NCBI GenBank assembly: GCA_944393745.1
Contig: CALYBD010000005.1
Span: forward strand, 11,165 to 75,164
Direction of reading: 5' to 3'
Origin: an uncultured Alphaproteobacteria bacterium
Lineage (GTDB): Bacteria > Pseudomonadota > Alphaproteobacteria > CAAGCB01 > CAG-977
DNA length: 64,000 nt
The notes below the pieces were generated by a model that saw only the letters and a list, made by a program, of their open reading frames with translations, was not told the DNA's origin and ran no database searches. Positions within the stretch are counted from its first letter, which is position 1. Every line of letters begins with the position of its first letter. Shown piece after piece: positions 46,331-56,446 of the stretch. A program made the position numbers and the translations under genes.

Positions 46331-47443
46331 TCAGTTAATCGGAATAATTCGTTCGTAGGTTTTGTGTTCGTCAACGCCCTGCAGCACAACGCCGTCAAAT
46401 CCCAGATCCATAATGCTTTTAAAATAAACGCCCAGTATGCGTTTCCAGGCGGGATTCCAATAATCGACGACAATGCCGGCCGGATTTGTTCTGGATTGAA
46501 AGCGCAGCCATACCGGTTCGCGCAGTTTCCATGAAGGTTCCCAATAAAGGCGGGTGTCTTCGGCCACGGCGACATTCAGCACGGCAAAAACCAGCCGCCG
46601 TGCGCCGAGCTTTTTTGCTTGGATTTGTTTGACTTCTTCTTTGGTTAAAGGAATATTTGATTTAAAAAACGGTTCAATGATCAGTAAATCGTAATTTGTA
46701 TCGCCCAACGCCTTGACCCACAAATCTTTGTCCGTAAAGTTTCTTGTGTTGGTCATGATCAGCATATTGCGGACTTTTGCCAAAGAATCAATGTTTTCCG
46801 GATTTTCCAAAAACAATTCTGTTTCAACGGGGATACGGTCGAAAACAGCGGTTTTATCCGTATCGGCGTGGACGGGTATTTTTTTGCGCGCCAAAGTCAA
46901 AACGGCGTTTTCCCGTTGTTTTTCGGAATCGCAATGTTCCGCGCCGATAACGGCCAGTCCGTATTGTTCGGCAATTTTTTTTACTTGCGAAGAAAGGGCA
47001 CCCTTTGCCGGCGAACAGACCTGATTGGTAACCAGCAGCCCGTTGACGGCCATAATGTATCTGCGGATCGGCGTTCCGGCCGGGACCGGGTGTTCCGGGG
47101 AAAACAATTTTAACAAAAAGCGTTCGTCGTCCGTTTGTGCGCCGGCCATTTCCGCACGGTGCAAATCGTCCAGGTCGTTTTCCCACTGTCCGCGGGTCAG
47201 CAGATCCAGCCCGCCGTCCAGGATAATTTGAAATTCCGGCCTGTTTTCCCGCGCATATTGTCCCAGCGCGACAATAACGTCACGCATCATTTCCCGATAA
47301 TTGGGAATATAGGCGGCTTCGATTTTAAAGCGTTCTTCCAGCGGATCAAAATCTTCGGGAATCTGCGATGTTTCCTGGGCCTTTCCCGGACCGAGCAAGG
47401 CCAAGATCAGACAAAGTGCATAAAAATATGCTTTTTTGATCAT
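46331..47443 (-). CDS. Secreted TIM-barrel glycoside hydrolase-like protein (GH114/endo-alpha-1,4-polygalactosaminidase-like)
   Basis: Signal peptide; VFAVLNVAVAEDTRLYWEPSW and GFDGVVLQGVDE resemble GH114 conserved blocks. Confidence 0.45.
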   Translation of the reverse strand: MIKKAYFYALCLILALLGPGKAQETSQIPEDFDPLEERFKIEAAYIPNYREMMRDVIVALGQYARENRPEFQIILDGGLDLLTRGQWENDLDDLHRAEMAGAQTDDERFLLKLFSPEHPVPAGTPIRRYIMAVNGLLVTNQVCSPAKGALSSQVKKIAEQYGLAVIGAEHCDSEKQRENAVLTLARKKIPVHADTDKTAVFDRIPVETELFLENPENIDSLAKVRNMLIMTNTRNFTDKDLWVKALGDTNYDLLIIEPFFKSNIPLTKEEVKQIQAKKLGARRLVFAVLNVAVAEDTRLYWEPSWKLREPVWLRFQSRTNPAGIVVDYWNPAWKRILGVYFKSIMDLGFDGVVLQGVDEHKTYERIIPIN

Positions 47444-47532
47444 AAAAGAGTACTTTCTTAATGTTTTTTTTCCTTAATTTTAGGTATTCTATTTTAAATT
47501 CATTTGAAATTCATTAACAAAAGAAGGGTAAA

Positions 47533-48513
47533 GTGACTGATAAAACAATATGGGTGCTGGCCGATGACAGAGCCGGCAATACGGCGCAGGCTTTGGGAAC
47601 GGCGGAAGCCGTCGGCGCAAATACCATCATCAAAAAAGTGCGTTACACCAAGACAATCGTTCTGCCGAATGTATTAAGAGGCGCTTCGGCAATCGGGGTA
47701 ACACCGGAAACGCTGGCGGAAATAACGGAACCTTTCCCCGATGTCGCCATTGCGGCCGGACGACGTGCCGCGCCGTTGTTGCGCTATATTAAAAAGCGTT
47801 CGGGCGGGAAAACAAAAATTGTTCAGATTATGTTTCCCGGATATTTCGGTTTGTCGGATTTTGATTTGGTTGTTCTGCCCGGCCACGACGGCTGCAAACT
47901 GGTTCGCCCCAATATTATGCGTACGACGGGGGCGCCGCATCGTATTACGCCCGAACGGCTGGCGGCGGAAAAAGAAAAATGGAACAGCGTTTTTGAAAGC
48001 CTTCCGGCGCCGCGTGTTGCTCTGATTGTCGGCGGCGCAACAAAGGACAAGCCCTTTAGCGTCGAAATGGCAAAGGATTTGGCACAGCGTTCCGTGGCGC
48101 TTTTGCGGGCGCTGGGCGGCGGATCTTTTCTGGTTACAACGTCCCGACGCACCGGAGAACAACAGGAAAAAATTATCCGCGAGGCTTTGCCCGAACCGAC
48201 ATTTTTTTACGGGTGGGGTAATAAGGAAATCGAAAACCCTTACTTTGGCTTTTTGGCTCTGGCGGATCATATTATCGTGACCGGAGATTCCGTTTCCATG
48301 TGTTCGGAAGCCTGTGCGGCCGGTGTCCCCGTTTATATTTACGCTCCGCCGGGCAGCGTCGGGAAAAAACATGCTTTGCTGCACCGGGAATTATATGAAA
48401 AGGGGTATGCCGTTGAGTTGACGGAAAATCCCGTTCCCGTTTCGCTTGGCGAACCCAAACGGCTGAATGCGGCCTGGGACGTTGCTGCCAGAATAAAGGA
48501 AATGATCGGATAA
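47533..48513 (+). CDS. ELM1/DUF1022-family protein (GT-B-like, uncharacterised)
   Basis: GTG start; the IWVLADDRAGNTAQALG N-terminus is typical of bacterial Mito_fiss_Elm1-family proteins. Confidence 0.5.
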   Translation: MTDKTIWVLADDRAGNTAQALGTAEAVGANTIIKKVRYTKTIVLPNVLRGASAIGVTPETLAEITEPFPDVAIAAGRRAAPLLRYIKKRSGGKTKIVQIMFPGYFGLSDFDLVVLPGHDGCKLVRPNIMRTTGAPHRITPERLAAEKEKWNSVFESLPAPRVALIVGGATKDKPFSVEMAKDLAQRSVALLRALGGGSFLVTTSRRTGEQQEKIIREALPEPTFFYGWGNKEIENPYFGFLALADHIIVTGDSVSMCSEACAAGVPVYIYAPPGSVGKKHALLHRELYEKGYAVELTENPVPVSLGEPKRLNAAWDVAARIKEMIG

Positions 48514-49274
48514 TGGTTTCTTTTTGTGCCGATATAGATCGCCTGTTTGCCGATATGCCTTTTTTGGAACGCTGCAAGGCGGCGAAGGATAACGGTTTTT
48601 CTTCGGTGGAATTTACCCTGCCCGATAAGGTCGGACTGGGACAACTGGGGGACGCTGCCGCGTATAAAGGATTAAAAGTCATGGTTTTGACCATGCCGGC
48701 AGATCAGGCGGCTTTGGCTTTTGAAAAAAAAGAAAAATCAAAATTTCTGGCAGCGTTTGACGCTTTGCTGGACAAGGCGGATTTTCTGGAATGTAAAAAA
48801 ATTTTCATTCCGGGAAAAGTAATTGCCGAAAATGAATTTGACGAAGCGCATGATGCTTTTGTTTCTGCTTTGCACGCTGCGGCGCCGCGGGCGCGTCATG
48901 CCGGCGTGAAAATTCTGCTGGGATTTAAAAACCCGATTGAAAATCCGGATTTTTATCCGGCTTCAACGTCGGAAGTTTTGGACCTGCTGGACGAATTAAA
49001 TGACGATAAGGCTTTCGGATATTTGTTTGACGTTTATCAGACGCAGACGGGGGAGGGCGGATTAAGCAATACGATTGATGCGCTGATTTCTTTGATCGGG
49101 CACGTCCGTATTGCCGGCGTTCCGGCCGGGGAAGAACCCGATACGGGCGAAGTTAATTACGATTATTTGCTGTCTTTGTTGGAAATGCAGGGGTATCAGG
49201 GGCATATCGGGTGTTCTTATACGCCGCGCATGAAAACGACGGACGGACTGAAGTGGATGAAAAAATATGTTTGA
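48513..49274 (+). CDS. Hydroxypyruvate isomerase-family / xylose-isomerase-like TIM-barrel protein
   Basis: FSSVEF and the overall pattern resemble the Hyi/OtnI family; 1 bp overlap with the upstream gene. Confidence 0.65.
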   Translation: MVSFCADIDRLFADMPFLERCKAAKDNGFSSVEFTLPDKVGLGQLGDAAAYKGLKVMVLTMPADQAALAFEKKEKSKFLAAFDALLDKADFLECKKIFIPGKVIAENEFDEAHDAFVSALHAAAPRARHAGVKILLGFKNPIENPDFYPASTSEVLDLLDELNDDKAFGYLFDVYQTQTGEGGLSNTIDALISLIGHVRIAGVPAGEEPDTGEVNYDYLLSLLEMQGYQGHIGCSYTPRMKTTDGLKWMKKYV

Positions 49275-50043
49275 AGCGCAGACTGCTTTGGCTCAACAAA
49301 TGGCTGATGCTTCCGGCGAACTGATTTTAAAATATTTCCGCTGCCCGGTCGATATCAGCGATAAAGCAGACGCTTCGCCCGTTACCGAAGCCGATAAAAA
49401 AGCAGAGCTGTTGATGCGCTCTATGATAGAACGTTATTTCCCGGATGACGGCATTATCGGGGAAGAGTACGGCAGGAAAAAAGAAAACGCCGAATTTGTC
49501 TGGGTGCTGGACCCGATTGACGGAACGCAGTCGTTTGTTGCGGGCGTCCCATTGTTCGGAACACTGATCGCTTTGCTGCAAAACGGCAAACCCGTTCTGG
49601 GGCTGATCAATCAGCCGTATACAAAAGAACGTTGGATCGGTGTGACGGGAACCCGTACGACATTTAACGGATCCGTTATTCGGACGCGCCGTTGTGCCGA
49701 ATTGCAACAGGCCGTTTTGTTTTCGACGGCCGACAAGCAAATGTTTGCCGATCCTGACGATAAACGGCGTTTTACGGCTTTGTGCGATCGGGTGAAAACA
49801 GCACGGTTCAGTACGGACTGCTACGGATATGCCTTGCTGGCCGCAGGTTGTGCGGACATTGTCTGCGAAGCCGATATGAAGCTGTATGATTATGCGGCGT
49901 TGATGCCGATTATTGCCGGCGCCGGCGGTATGATGTCGGATTGGGAAGGCAATCCTTTGTCCGAAAACAAAGGGGCGGGTCATATCCTGGCGCTTGGGGA
50001 TCCGCTGCTGCTGCCCGCTGCGCTGGAGGCGTTGAATCAATGA
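49267..50043 (+). CDS. Inositol monophosphatase-family phosphatase (SuhB/HisN-like)
   Basis: EEYG, WVLDPIDGTQSFV and the other IMPase motifs. Confidence 0.85.
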   Translation: MFEAQTALAQQMADASGELILKYFRCPVDISDKADASPVTEADKKAELLMRSMIERYFPDDGIIGEEYGRKKENAEFVWVLDPIDGTQSFVAGVPLFGTLIALLQNGKPVLGLINQPYTKERWIGVTGTRTTFNGSVIRTRRCAELQQAVLFSTADKQMFADPDDKRRFTALCDRVKTARFSTDCYGYALLAAGCADIVCEADMKLYDYAALMPIIAGAGGMMSDWEGNPLSENKGAGHILALGDPLLLPAALEALNQ

Positions 50044-51926
50044 AAATATTCCGGCTGATTTTTTGTTTTATGCTTTTATCGTTTTCTGCCGACGCGCAAC
50101 AGTACCAGGCAACGCCGGCCAAAGGGGTCGCCATGCACGGAAAACCGCGTTACGGCTGGAATTTCAGGTATTTTGATTACGCCAATCCCGACGCACCGAA
50201 AGGCGGCACATTAAAAATGTCGGCTTTTGGCAGTTTTGACACGTTTAATCCGTTTACGATCAAAGGCGTGGCTGCCGCCGGGACGGGTATGCTGTATGAT
50301 ACGCTGATGGTTGAATCGGCGGACGAACCGTTTTCGGAATACGGTCTGATCGCCGAAACGATTGAAATGCCCGCGGACAGATCCTGGGTTGCCTTTAATA
50401 TCAATAAAAAAGCCCGCTTTCACGACGGGACGCCCGTAACCGCGGAAGATGTCGTTTTTTCGTTTGATCTGTTACGTGCAAAAGGCCTGCCGATGTTTCG
50501 GTATTACTACGGCAATGTTGATAAAGCCGTAGCCGAAAAACCGATGCGCGTTTTGTTTACGTTCAAACCCGGCGACAACCGCGAATTACCGCTGATTTTG
50601 GGGCAGATGCCCGTTTTTTCAAAAAAATACTGGCAGGACAAAGATTTTGAAGCAACGACTTTGGATCCGCCGATTGGCAGCGGGCCTTATAAAATCGCCG
50701 AATTTGAAACGGGACGTTATATTGTTTACGAACGTGATCCGAACTATTGGGCACAGGATTTGCCGCCGGTCAAGGGCTTTTATAACTTTGATCAAATCCG
50801 CTATGACTATTACCGGGACGCAACGGTCGCGGTAGAGGCTTTTAAAGCCGGCGCTTTTGATCTGCGCATAGAAAACGAAGCAAAAAAGTGGGTGTCGGCT
50901 TATGAAGGCTTTGATAAAAAAAAGGGGGTAATCAAAAAAAATTTCGGTCATGCTCTGCCTTCGGGCATGCAGGGATTTGTTTTTAACACTCGCCGTCCGA
51001 TTTTTTCGGACAGACGCGTGCGCCAAGCTTTGGGGTTAGCCTTTGATTTTGAATGGTCAAATAAAAATCTGTTTTACGGATTATACAAAAGGACGCAAAG
51101 CTATTTTGACAATTCGGAAATGGCGGCCAAAGGATTACCGCGCGGCGAAGAATTAAAGTTATTGAACAAATATCGCGATCAATTGCCGCCGGAAGTCTTT
51201 AAACAGCCGTTTTCATTGGAAAAAACAACGGCAGACGGTAATATTCGCCCGCAGTTGGAAAAGGCGTTTAAATTGTTGGAAGAAGCCGGCTGGACAGTAC
51301 GGGACGGCGTTTTAAAAAACGAAGCGGGTGATCCGTTTCGTTTTGAAATCTTAATTGATGCGGCGTCTTCGTCTGCCTGGGAACGGATAACGTTGCCTTA
51401 TATTCGTAATTTAAAACGTCTGGGAATCGAGGCCGTTTTGCGTTCGGTTGATACAACGCAGTATAAAAACCGAACGGATTCCTATGATTACGACATGATT
51501 GTCAATATTTGGGGACAATCGACTTCCCCGGGTAACGAACAGCGTTATTTTTGGGGATCTGCCGCCGCCGATCTGCCCGGAACACAAAATTATGCAGGCA
51601 TAAAAAATCCTGTCGTTGATGAATTGATTGAAAAAATTATCGAAGCACCCGACAGAAAAAAACTGGTTGCTGCCGTTAAGGCGCTGGATCGCGTGTTATT
51701 GTGGGAATATTATGTTGTTCCGCATTGGTTTGTTCCTTCGGTGCGCTTGGTTTATTGGGACAAATTCGGCGTGCCGGCCGATTCTGTCATGAAAGGGGCG
51801 CAGATTATGACCTGGTGGGTTGATCCGAAAAAAGAACGACGGCTGAATATTTTGCGCAAAAAAGAAAAAGATCAGCAGGCAGCCGGGAAAAAAACGGTGT
51901 TTCAGCGGTTAAAGGAGTGGTTTTGA
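50040..51926 (+). CDS. yejA: ABC transporter periplasmic substrate-binding protein, family 5 (oligopeptide/microcin C-type, YejA-like)
   Basis: ATG at 50040 (ATGA overlap) gives the signal peptide [19 protein letters not shown]; about 630 aa SBP_bac_5 architecture, upstream of yejBEF. Confidence 0.8.
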   Translation: MKIFRLIFCFMLLSFSADAQQYQATPAKGVAMHGKPRYGWNFRYFDYANPDAPKGGTLKMSAFGSFDTFNPFTIKGVAAAGTGMLYDTLMVESADEPFSEYGLIAETIEMPADRSWVAFNINKKARFHDGTPVTAEDVVFSFDLLRAKGLPMFRYYYGNVDKAVAEKPMRVLFTFKPGDNRELPLILGQMPVFSKKYWQDKDFEATTLDPPIGSGPYKIAEFETGRYIVYERDPNYWAQDLPPVKGFYNFDQIRYDYYRDATVAVEAFKAGAFDLRIENEAKKWVSAYEGFDKKKGVIKKNFGHALPSGMQGFVFNTRRPIFSDRRVRQALGLAFDFEWSNKNLFYGLYKRTQSYFDNSEMAAKGLPRGEELKLLNKYRDQLPPEVFKQPFSLEKTTADGNIRPQLEKAFKLLEEAGWTVRDGVLKNEAGDPFRFEILIDAASSSAWERITLPYIRNLKRLGIEAVLRSVDTTQYKNRTDSYDYDMIVNIWGQSTSPGNEQRYFWGSAAADLPGTQNYAGIKNPVVDELIEKIIEAPDRKKLVAAVKALDRVLLWEYYVVPHWFVPSVRLVYWDKFGVPADSVMKGAQIMTWWVDPKKERRLNILRKKEKDQQAAGKKTVFQRLKEWF

Positions 51927-53038
51927 TGTTTCGGTATTTTTTACGCCGTTTGGCCTTAATTCCTTTAACTTTGTTCGGCATTATGGCTGTTAACTTTCTG
52001 TTTGTTCAATTGGCGCCGGGCGGTCCCGTGGAACAAGTGATTGCCAAACTGCAAAACGGATCAGGATCGCCGGCGGCTAAAATCGGCGGCGCCGCCGGGG
52101 CGGAAGGCGGCATGATCGGCGCACAGACCGGGCGGCAGAATTATGCCCTCCAGTCGAAATATCGCGGGGCGCAGGGGCTGGATCCCGCTTTGATCAAAGA
52201 ATTGGAAATCCAGTTCGGTTTTGACAAGCCTTTGCATGTTCGTTTCTTTACCATGATTAAAAACTATCTGTTTTTTGATTTCGGAAAAAGCTTTTACCGC
52301 GATACGCCCGTTACACAGCTGATCGGGGAAAAAATGCCGGTGTCCGTTTCTTTGGGCGTTTGGACAACGTTGATCATTTATCTGATATCCATACCGTTGG
52401 GAATTCTCAAAGCCGTTCGGGACGGGTCGAAATTTGATGCCGTTTCCAGCTGGGTGATTATTATCGGCTATGCCGTGCCGGCTTTTTTGTTTGCCATGCT
52501 GCTGATCGTTTTGTTTTGCGGGGGCAGGTATTTCAGCTGGTTTCCTTTGCGCGGTTTGTTTTCCGAAAATTGGGATCAGCTCGATATGTTTGGTAAGCTC
52601 AAAGATTACTTTTGGCATCTGGCCATGCCCGTGTGCGCCATGGTTGCCGGCGGATTTGCCGGATTGACAATGTTAACGAAAAATTCGTTTTTGGAAGAAA
52701 TTTCAAAGCAGTACGTCCTGACGGCCAAAGCTAAAGGATTGGACGGCACGTCGATTTTATACGGTCATGTTTTCAGGAATGCCATGTTGGTCGTATTGGC
52801 CGGATTTCCGGCTGTTTTGGTGGGAATGCTGTTTACGGGATCTGTCTTGATCGAAGTTATTTTTTCTTTGGACGGCCTGGGGCTGCTGGGGTTCGAGGCT
52901 GTCATGACGCGTGATTATCCCGTTATTTTCGGGACGTTGTATATTTTCGGATTGATCGGGCTTTTATTAAATCTGGCCAGCGATATGACTTATCACCTGG
53001 TTGATCCGCGCATTGATTTCGGAGGCCGCCATGAATGA
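51917..53038 (+). CDS. yejB: ABC transporter permease (YejB-like, DppB/OppB family)
   Basis: Multi-TM; the EAA-like region ([20 protein letters not shown]) is typical of BPD permeases. Confidence 0.85.
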   Translation: MVLMFRYFLRRLALIPLTLFGIMAVNFLFVQLAPGGPVEQVIAKLQNGSGSPAAKIGGAAGAEGGMIGAQTGRQNYALQSKYRGAQGLDPALIKELEIQFGFDKPLHVRFFTMIKNYLFFDFGKSFYRDTPVTQLIGEKMPVSVSLGVWTTLIIYLISIPLGILKAVRDGSKFDAVSSWVIIIGYAVPAFLFAMLLIVLFCGGRYFSWFPLRGLFSENWDQLDMFGKLKDYFWHLAMPVCAMVAGGFAGLTMLTKNSFLEEISKQYVLTAKAKGLDGTSILYGHVFRNAMLVVLAGFPAVLVGMLFTGSVLIEVIFSLDGLGLLGFEAVMTRDYPVIFGTLYIFGLIGLLLNLASDMTYHLVDPRIDFGGRHE

Positions 53039-54047
53039 ACGCACCCGTGAACGCTGGCGAAAATTCAAAGCCAATAAGCGCGGTTATTATGCTTTTGTAT
53101 TGTTTTGTTTTATTCTGGTGTTCGTTTTGGCAGCGGATTTTATTGCTAATGACAAACCGTTGATCGTCCGCTATGACGGACAGTGGTACTTTCCGATTTT
53201 TAAAGAATATCCCGAAACTGTTTTCGGGGGCTCTTTTAAAACGCAGGCGGATTATCGGGATCCTTATGTTCAAAAGAAAATCAACGAAAAAGGATTTTAT
53301 GTTATGCCGCCCGTCCCGTACCGTTATGATACGATTAATTATAATTTGCCGTCTGCGGCACCGTCTGCACCGTCTGCGGAAAATTGGCTGGGCACGGACG
53401 ATCTGGGACGTGATGTTCTGGCTCGATTGATTTACGGGCTGCGTTCGTCTTTGCTGTTCGGATTGATTTTAACGGTTGTTTCTTCTGTATTCGGCGTTTT
53501 TGCCGGTGCCGTGCAGGGATATTTCGGCGGTAAAATCGATTTGTTTGCTCAGCGCTTTTTGGAAATATGGGCGTCTTTGCCGCAGTTGTTTGTGTTGATT
53601 ATCGTGTCCAGCATTATTGCACCGGGATTTTGGACACTGCTGTTTGTGTTGTTGTTGTTTTCTTGGACGGCGCTGGTGCCGGTCGTCCGCGCCGAATTTC
53701 TGCGTGCCAGGAATTTTGACTATGTCCGGGCGGCTTATGCTTTGGGCGTTCCGGATTTTGTGATTATGTTTAAACACGTATTTCCTAATGCCATGGTGGC
53801 AACGCTGACATATTTACCGTTTATTTTATCCGGTGCGGTCGTGTCTTTGACGGCATTGGATTTCTTGGGCTTTGGTCTGCCGCCGGGATCGCCGTCTTTG
53901 GGGGATTTGGTTCGTCAGGGCAAAGAAAACCTTCAGGCGCCGTGGCTGGCGGCGTCGGCTTTTGTTGCTTTGGCTTTTTTGTTGACTGTCCTGGTCTTTA
54001 TCGGGGAAGCCGTGCGGGACGCTTTTGATCCGAGGAAAAACAAATGA
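53031..54047 (+). CDS. yejE: ABC transporter permease (YejE-like, DppC/OppC family)
   Basis: ATG at 53031 overlapping the yejB stop; multi-TM; the permease signature ([22 protein letters not shown]). Confidence 0.85.
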   Translation: MNERTRERWRKFKANKRGYYAFVLFCFILVFVLAADFIANDKPLIVRYDGQWYFPIFKEYPETVFGGSFKTQADYRDPYVQKKINEKGFYVMPPVPYRYDTINYNLPSAAPSAPSAENWLGTDDLGRDVLARLIYGLRSSLLFGLILTVVSSVFGVFAGAVQGYFGGKIDLFAQRFLEIWASLPQLFVLIIVSSIIAPGFWTLLFVLLLFSWTALVPVVRAEFLRARNFDYVRAAYALGVPDFVIMFKHVFPNAMVATLTYLPFILSGAVVSLTALDFLGFGLPPGSPSLGDLVRQGKENLQAPWLAASAFVALAFLLTVLVFIGEAVRDAFDPRKNK

Positions 54048-55627
54048 CACTGCTGTCCGTTCAAAATTTAAGCGTACGTTTCGGCCCAAATCCGCCGGTG
54101 GTTGACGGCGTGTCTTTTCAAATTGCCAAAGGAGAAACGTTGGCCTTGGTCGGTGAAAGCGGATCGGGAAAGTCGGTAACGGCATTGTCGATTATGCAGC
54201 TGTTGGATTATCCGTATGCGTCGCACCCGTCGGGATCAATAAAATTCAACGGTCGCGAGCTGATCGGCGCAAGTGAATATGTTTTGCGTGATTTTCGCGG
54301 TAATCGGGCGGCAATGATTTTTCAGGAACCGATGACATCGCTGAATCCGCTGCATACTATAGAAAAACAGGTGGCAGAAACAATGATTCTGCATGCCGGC
54401 ATGACAAAAGACGACGCGACAGAACAGGTAAAAGAATTGTTGGAATTGGTCGGTTTGCGTGATGCAGACCGGCGTCTGAATGCTTTGCCCCATGAATTAT
54501 CCGGCGGTGAACGTCAGCGTGTGATGATCGCCATGGCTTTGGCCAACAAGCCCGATTTGCTGATTGCCGATGAACCGACAACGGCTTTGGACGTAACGGT
54601 TCAGGCACAGATACTGAATTTGCTGTCTTCGTTGCAAAAAAAACTGGGGTTGGCCGTTTTGTTTATTTCTCATGATCTGGACGTTGTGGCGCGGGTGGCT
54701 TCGCGCGTTTGTGTGATGAAAGACGGTCGGATTGTCGAAAGCGGGTCAAGCGAAACGGTTTTAAAAAATCCGTCGCATGCATATACGAAAATGCTGGTCG
54801 CTTCCAAGCCGTCCGGGATTCCCGTCGGCAGCGCAAAAAACGCATCGGATTTGGTCAGAGCGGAAAATGTAAAAGTTTCGTTTGTTTTGAAAAAAACTTT
54901 TTTCGGGCAGGCATTGTCGGTTTTAAATGCGGTTGACGGCGTTGATCTGAAAATAAAGGAAGGCCAGGCCGTCGGTCTGGTCGGCGAAAGCGGATCGGGA
55001 AAATCGACGTTGGGATTTTCGTTGTTAAAATTACAAAAAGCCGGCGGCAAAATTATTTTCAACGGAACGGACATAACCGGTTTAAAAGGGGAAAAATTGC
55101 GCCGGTTAAGAACGCAGATGCAGATTGTTTTTCAGGATCCTTATTCTTCGCTCAGCCCGCGTTTGACGGTGGAACAAATCATTGCCGAAGGGTTGAATGT
55201 TCACCGGCGCGATTTAACGGCGGATCAGAAAAAAGCACTGATCGAACAGGCGGTAAAGGACGTCGGTTTGTCAACGGATATTTTAAACCGTTATCCGAAT
55301 ATGTTTTCGGGCGGCCAGCGTCAAAGAATTGCTTTGGCGCGTGCGTTGGTGTTAAAACCGCGTCTGATTGTTTTGGACGAACCGACCAGCGCTTTGGACG
55401 TTACCGTTCAGGCGCAGATGATAGAGCTTTTGAAAAATTTGCAAAAACAGTATAAGATGGCTTATCTGTTCATCAGTCACGATATGCGCGTTGTCAAAGC
55501 TTTGGCCGAATATATCTATGTGATGAAGGACGGCCGTATCGTTGAATCGGGAAAAAATCCCGATTTGTTTGAAACCCCGCAGCAGCCGTATACCCGTCAA
55601 TTAATGGCCGCCGCATTTGATTTTTAA
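54044..55627 (+). CDS. yejF: Dual-ABC-domain ATPase (YejF-like)
   Basis: Two Walker A motifs (GESGSGKS twice), two LSGGERQR/FSGGQRQR signatures, two Walker B motifs (IADEPT/VLDEPT). Confidence 0.9.
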   Translation: MTLLSVQNLSVRFGPNPPVVDGVSFQIAKGETLALVGESGSGKSVTALSIMQLLDYPYASHPSGSIKFNGRELIGASEYVLRDFRGNRAAMIFQEPMTSLNPLHTIEKQVAETMILHAGMTKDDATEQVKELLELVGLRDADRRLNALPHELSGGERQRVMIAMALANKPDLLIADEPTTALDVTVQAQILNLLSSLQKKLGLAVLFISHDLDVVARVASRVCVMKDGRIVESGSSETVLKNPSHAYTKMLVASKPSGIPVGSAKNASDLVRAENVKVSFVLKKTFFGQALSVLNAVDGVDLKIKEGQAVGLVGESGSGKSTLGFSLLKLQKAGGKIIFNGTDITGLKGEKLRRLRTQMQIVFQDPYSSLSPRLTVEQIIAEGLNVHRRDLTADQKKALIEQAVKDVGLSTDILNRYPNMFSGGQRQRIALARALVLKPRLIVLDEPTSALDVTVQAQMIELLKNLQKQYKMAYLFISHDMRVVKALAEYIYVMKDGRIVESGKNPDLFETPQQPYTRQLMAAAFDF

Positions 55628-55639
55628 CGGATAAAGAAA

Positions 55640-55987
55640 ATGACACAGGAACAGGAAAATGAAGATTTAAAAGAAACCGTTCTTCAGCGTGTGTTCGGCG
55701 ACGAAGCGTTGATGGGCGTTAATGTTGATCTGTCCGTTGTTTTGGGGCGGACGCTTTTGCGGGTTTATCAGTTGTTGAAGCTGGGGCGCGGCGCTGTTGT
55801 CGAACTTAACCAGCTGTTAAACGAACCCGTTGAGATTTTGGCAAACGAAATCCCGATTGCCAAAGGGGAAATCATTGTTACGGACGAAGGATACATCGGT
55901 GTTAAAATTACCGATTTGATGATTTCCCGCAAAGGATCGGACGGATCGCTGATCAGTAAATCGGCAGTCGGTTCTTTTGGCAAATAA
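55640..55987 (+). CDS. fliN: Flagellar motor switch protein FliN (SpoA domain)
   Basis: VDLSVVLGRTLLRVYQLLKLGRGAVVELNQLLNEPVEILANEIPIAKGEIIV matches the FliN SpoA pattern. Confidence 0.75.
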   Translation: MTQEQENEDLKETVLQRVFGDEALMGVNVDLSVVLGRTLLRVYQLLKLGRGAVVELNQLLNEPVEILANEIPIAKGEIIVTDEGYIGVKITDLMISRKGSDGSLISKSAVGSFGK

Positions 55988-55995
55988 AGCGATAC

Positions 55996-56433
55996 TCAGG
56001 AAATTGAAGTGTCTGTCGACAAGGAACGCAGGGCTCTGATCCGGCGGCACAGCGATTGAATGATGTTTCTTTCCAGCGCCTTATGTTCATTCATCAGTCG
56101 GTACAAAGCCGGACCGGAAATTTTAAATAAAGTCGAATCTTCCAAAGCGGTAACGGTTATATCGGCCTGCACCGGATCCAAAGCGGCCAATTCGCCAAAG
56201 ACTTCCAACGCATTGCATTCCCGAAGGGTTTGGCCGTTTTTATGAAAGCGAACTTGTCCTTGCAAAATAATATACATATCATTCCATTCACTGCCTTCTT
56301 TGATAATATCCGTACCGATCATGGCGGCTGTTTCTTCGCTGGCAGCGATAATATCGGACAATGCGGCTTCGGGAATGCCGGCAAACAGCGGAATATTTTT
56401 TAAGATCAGAACTTTTTCAAGCGTTAAGCGCAT
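55996..56433 (-). CDS. Cyclic-nucleotide-binding-domain protein with no DNA-binding domain
   Basis: An LKNIPLFAGIPEAAL start and an FGELAAL phosphate-binding cassette-like motif. Start chosen at MRLTLEK; the ORF track extends to 56499. Confidence 0.65.
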   Translation of the reverse strand: MRLTLEKVLILKNIPLFAGIPEAALSDIIAASEETAAMIGTDIIKEGSEWNDMYIILQGQVRFHKNGQTLRECNALEVFGELAALDPVQADITVTALEDSTLFKISGPALYRLMNEHKALERNIIQSLCRRIRALRSLSTDTSIS

Positions 56434-56446
56434 AATTGACAACTCC

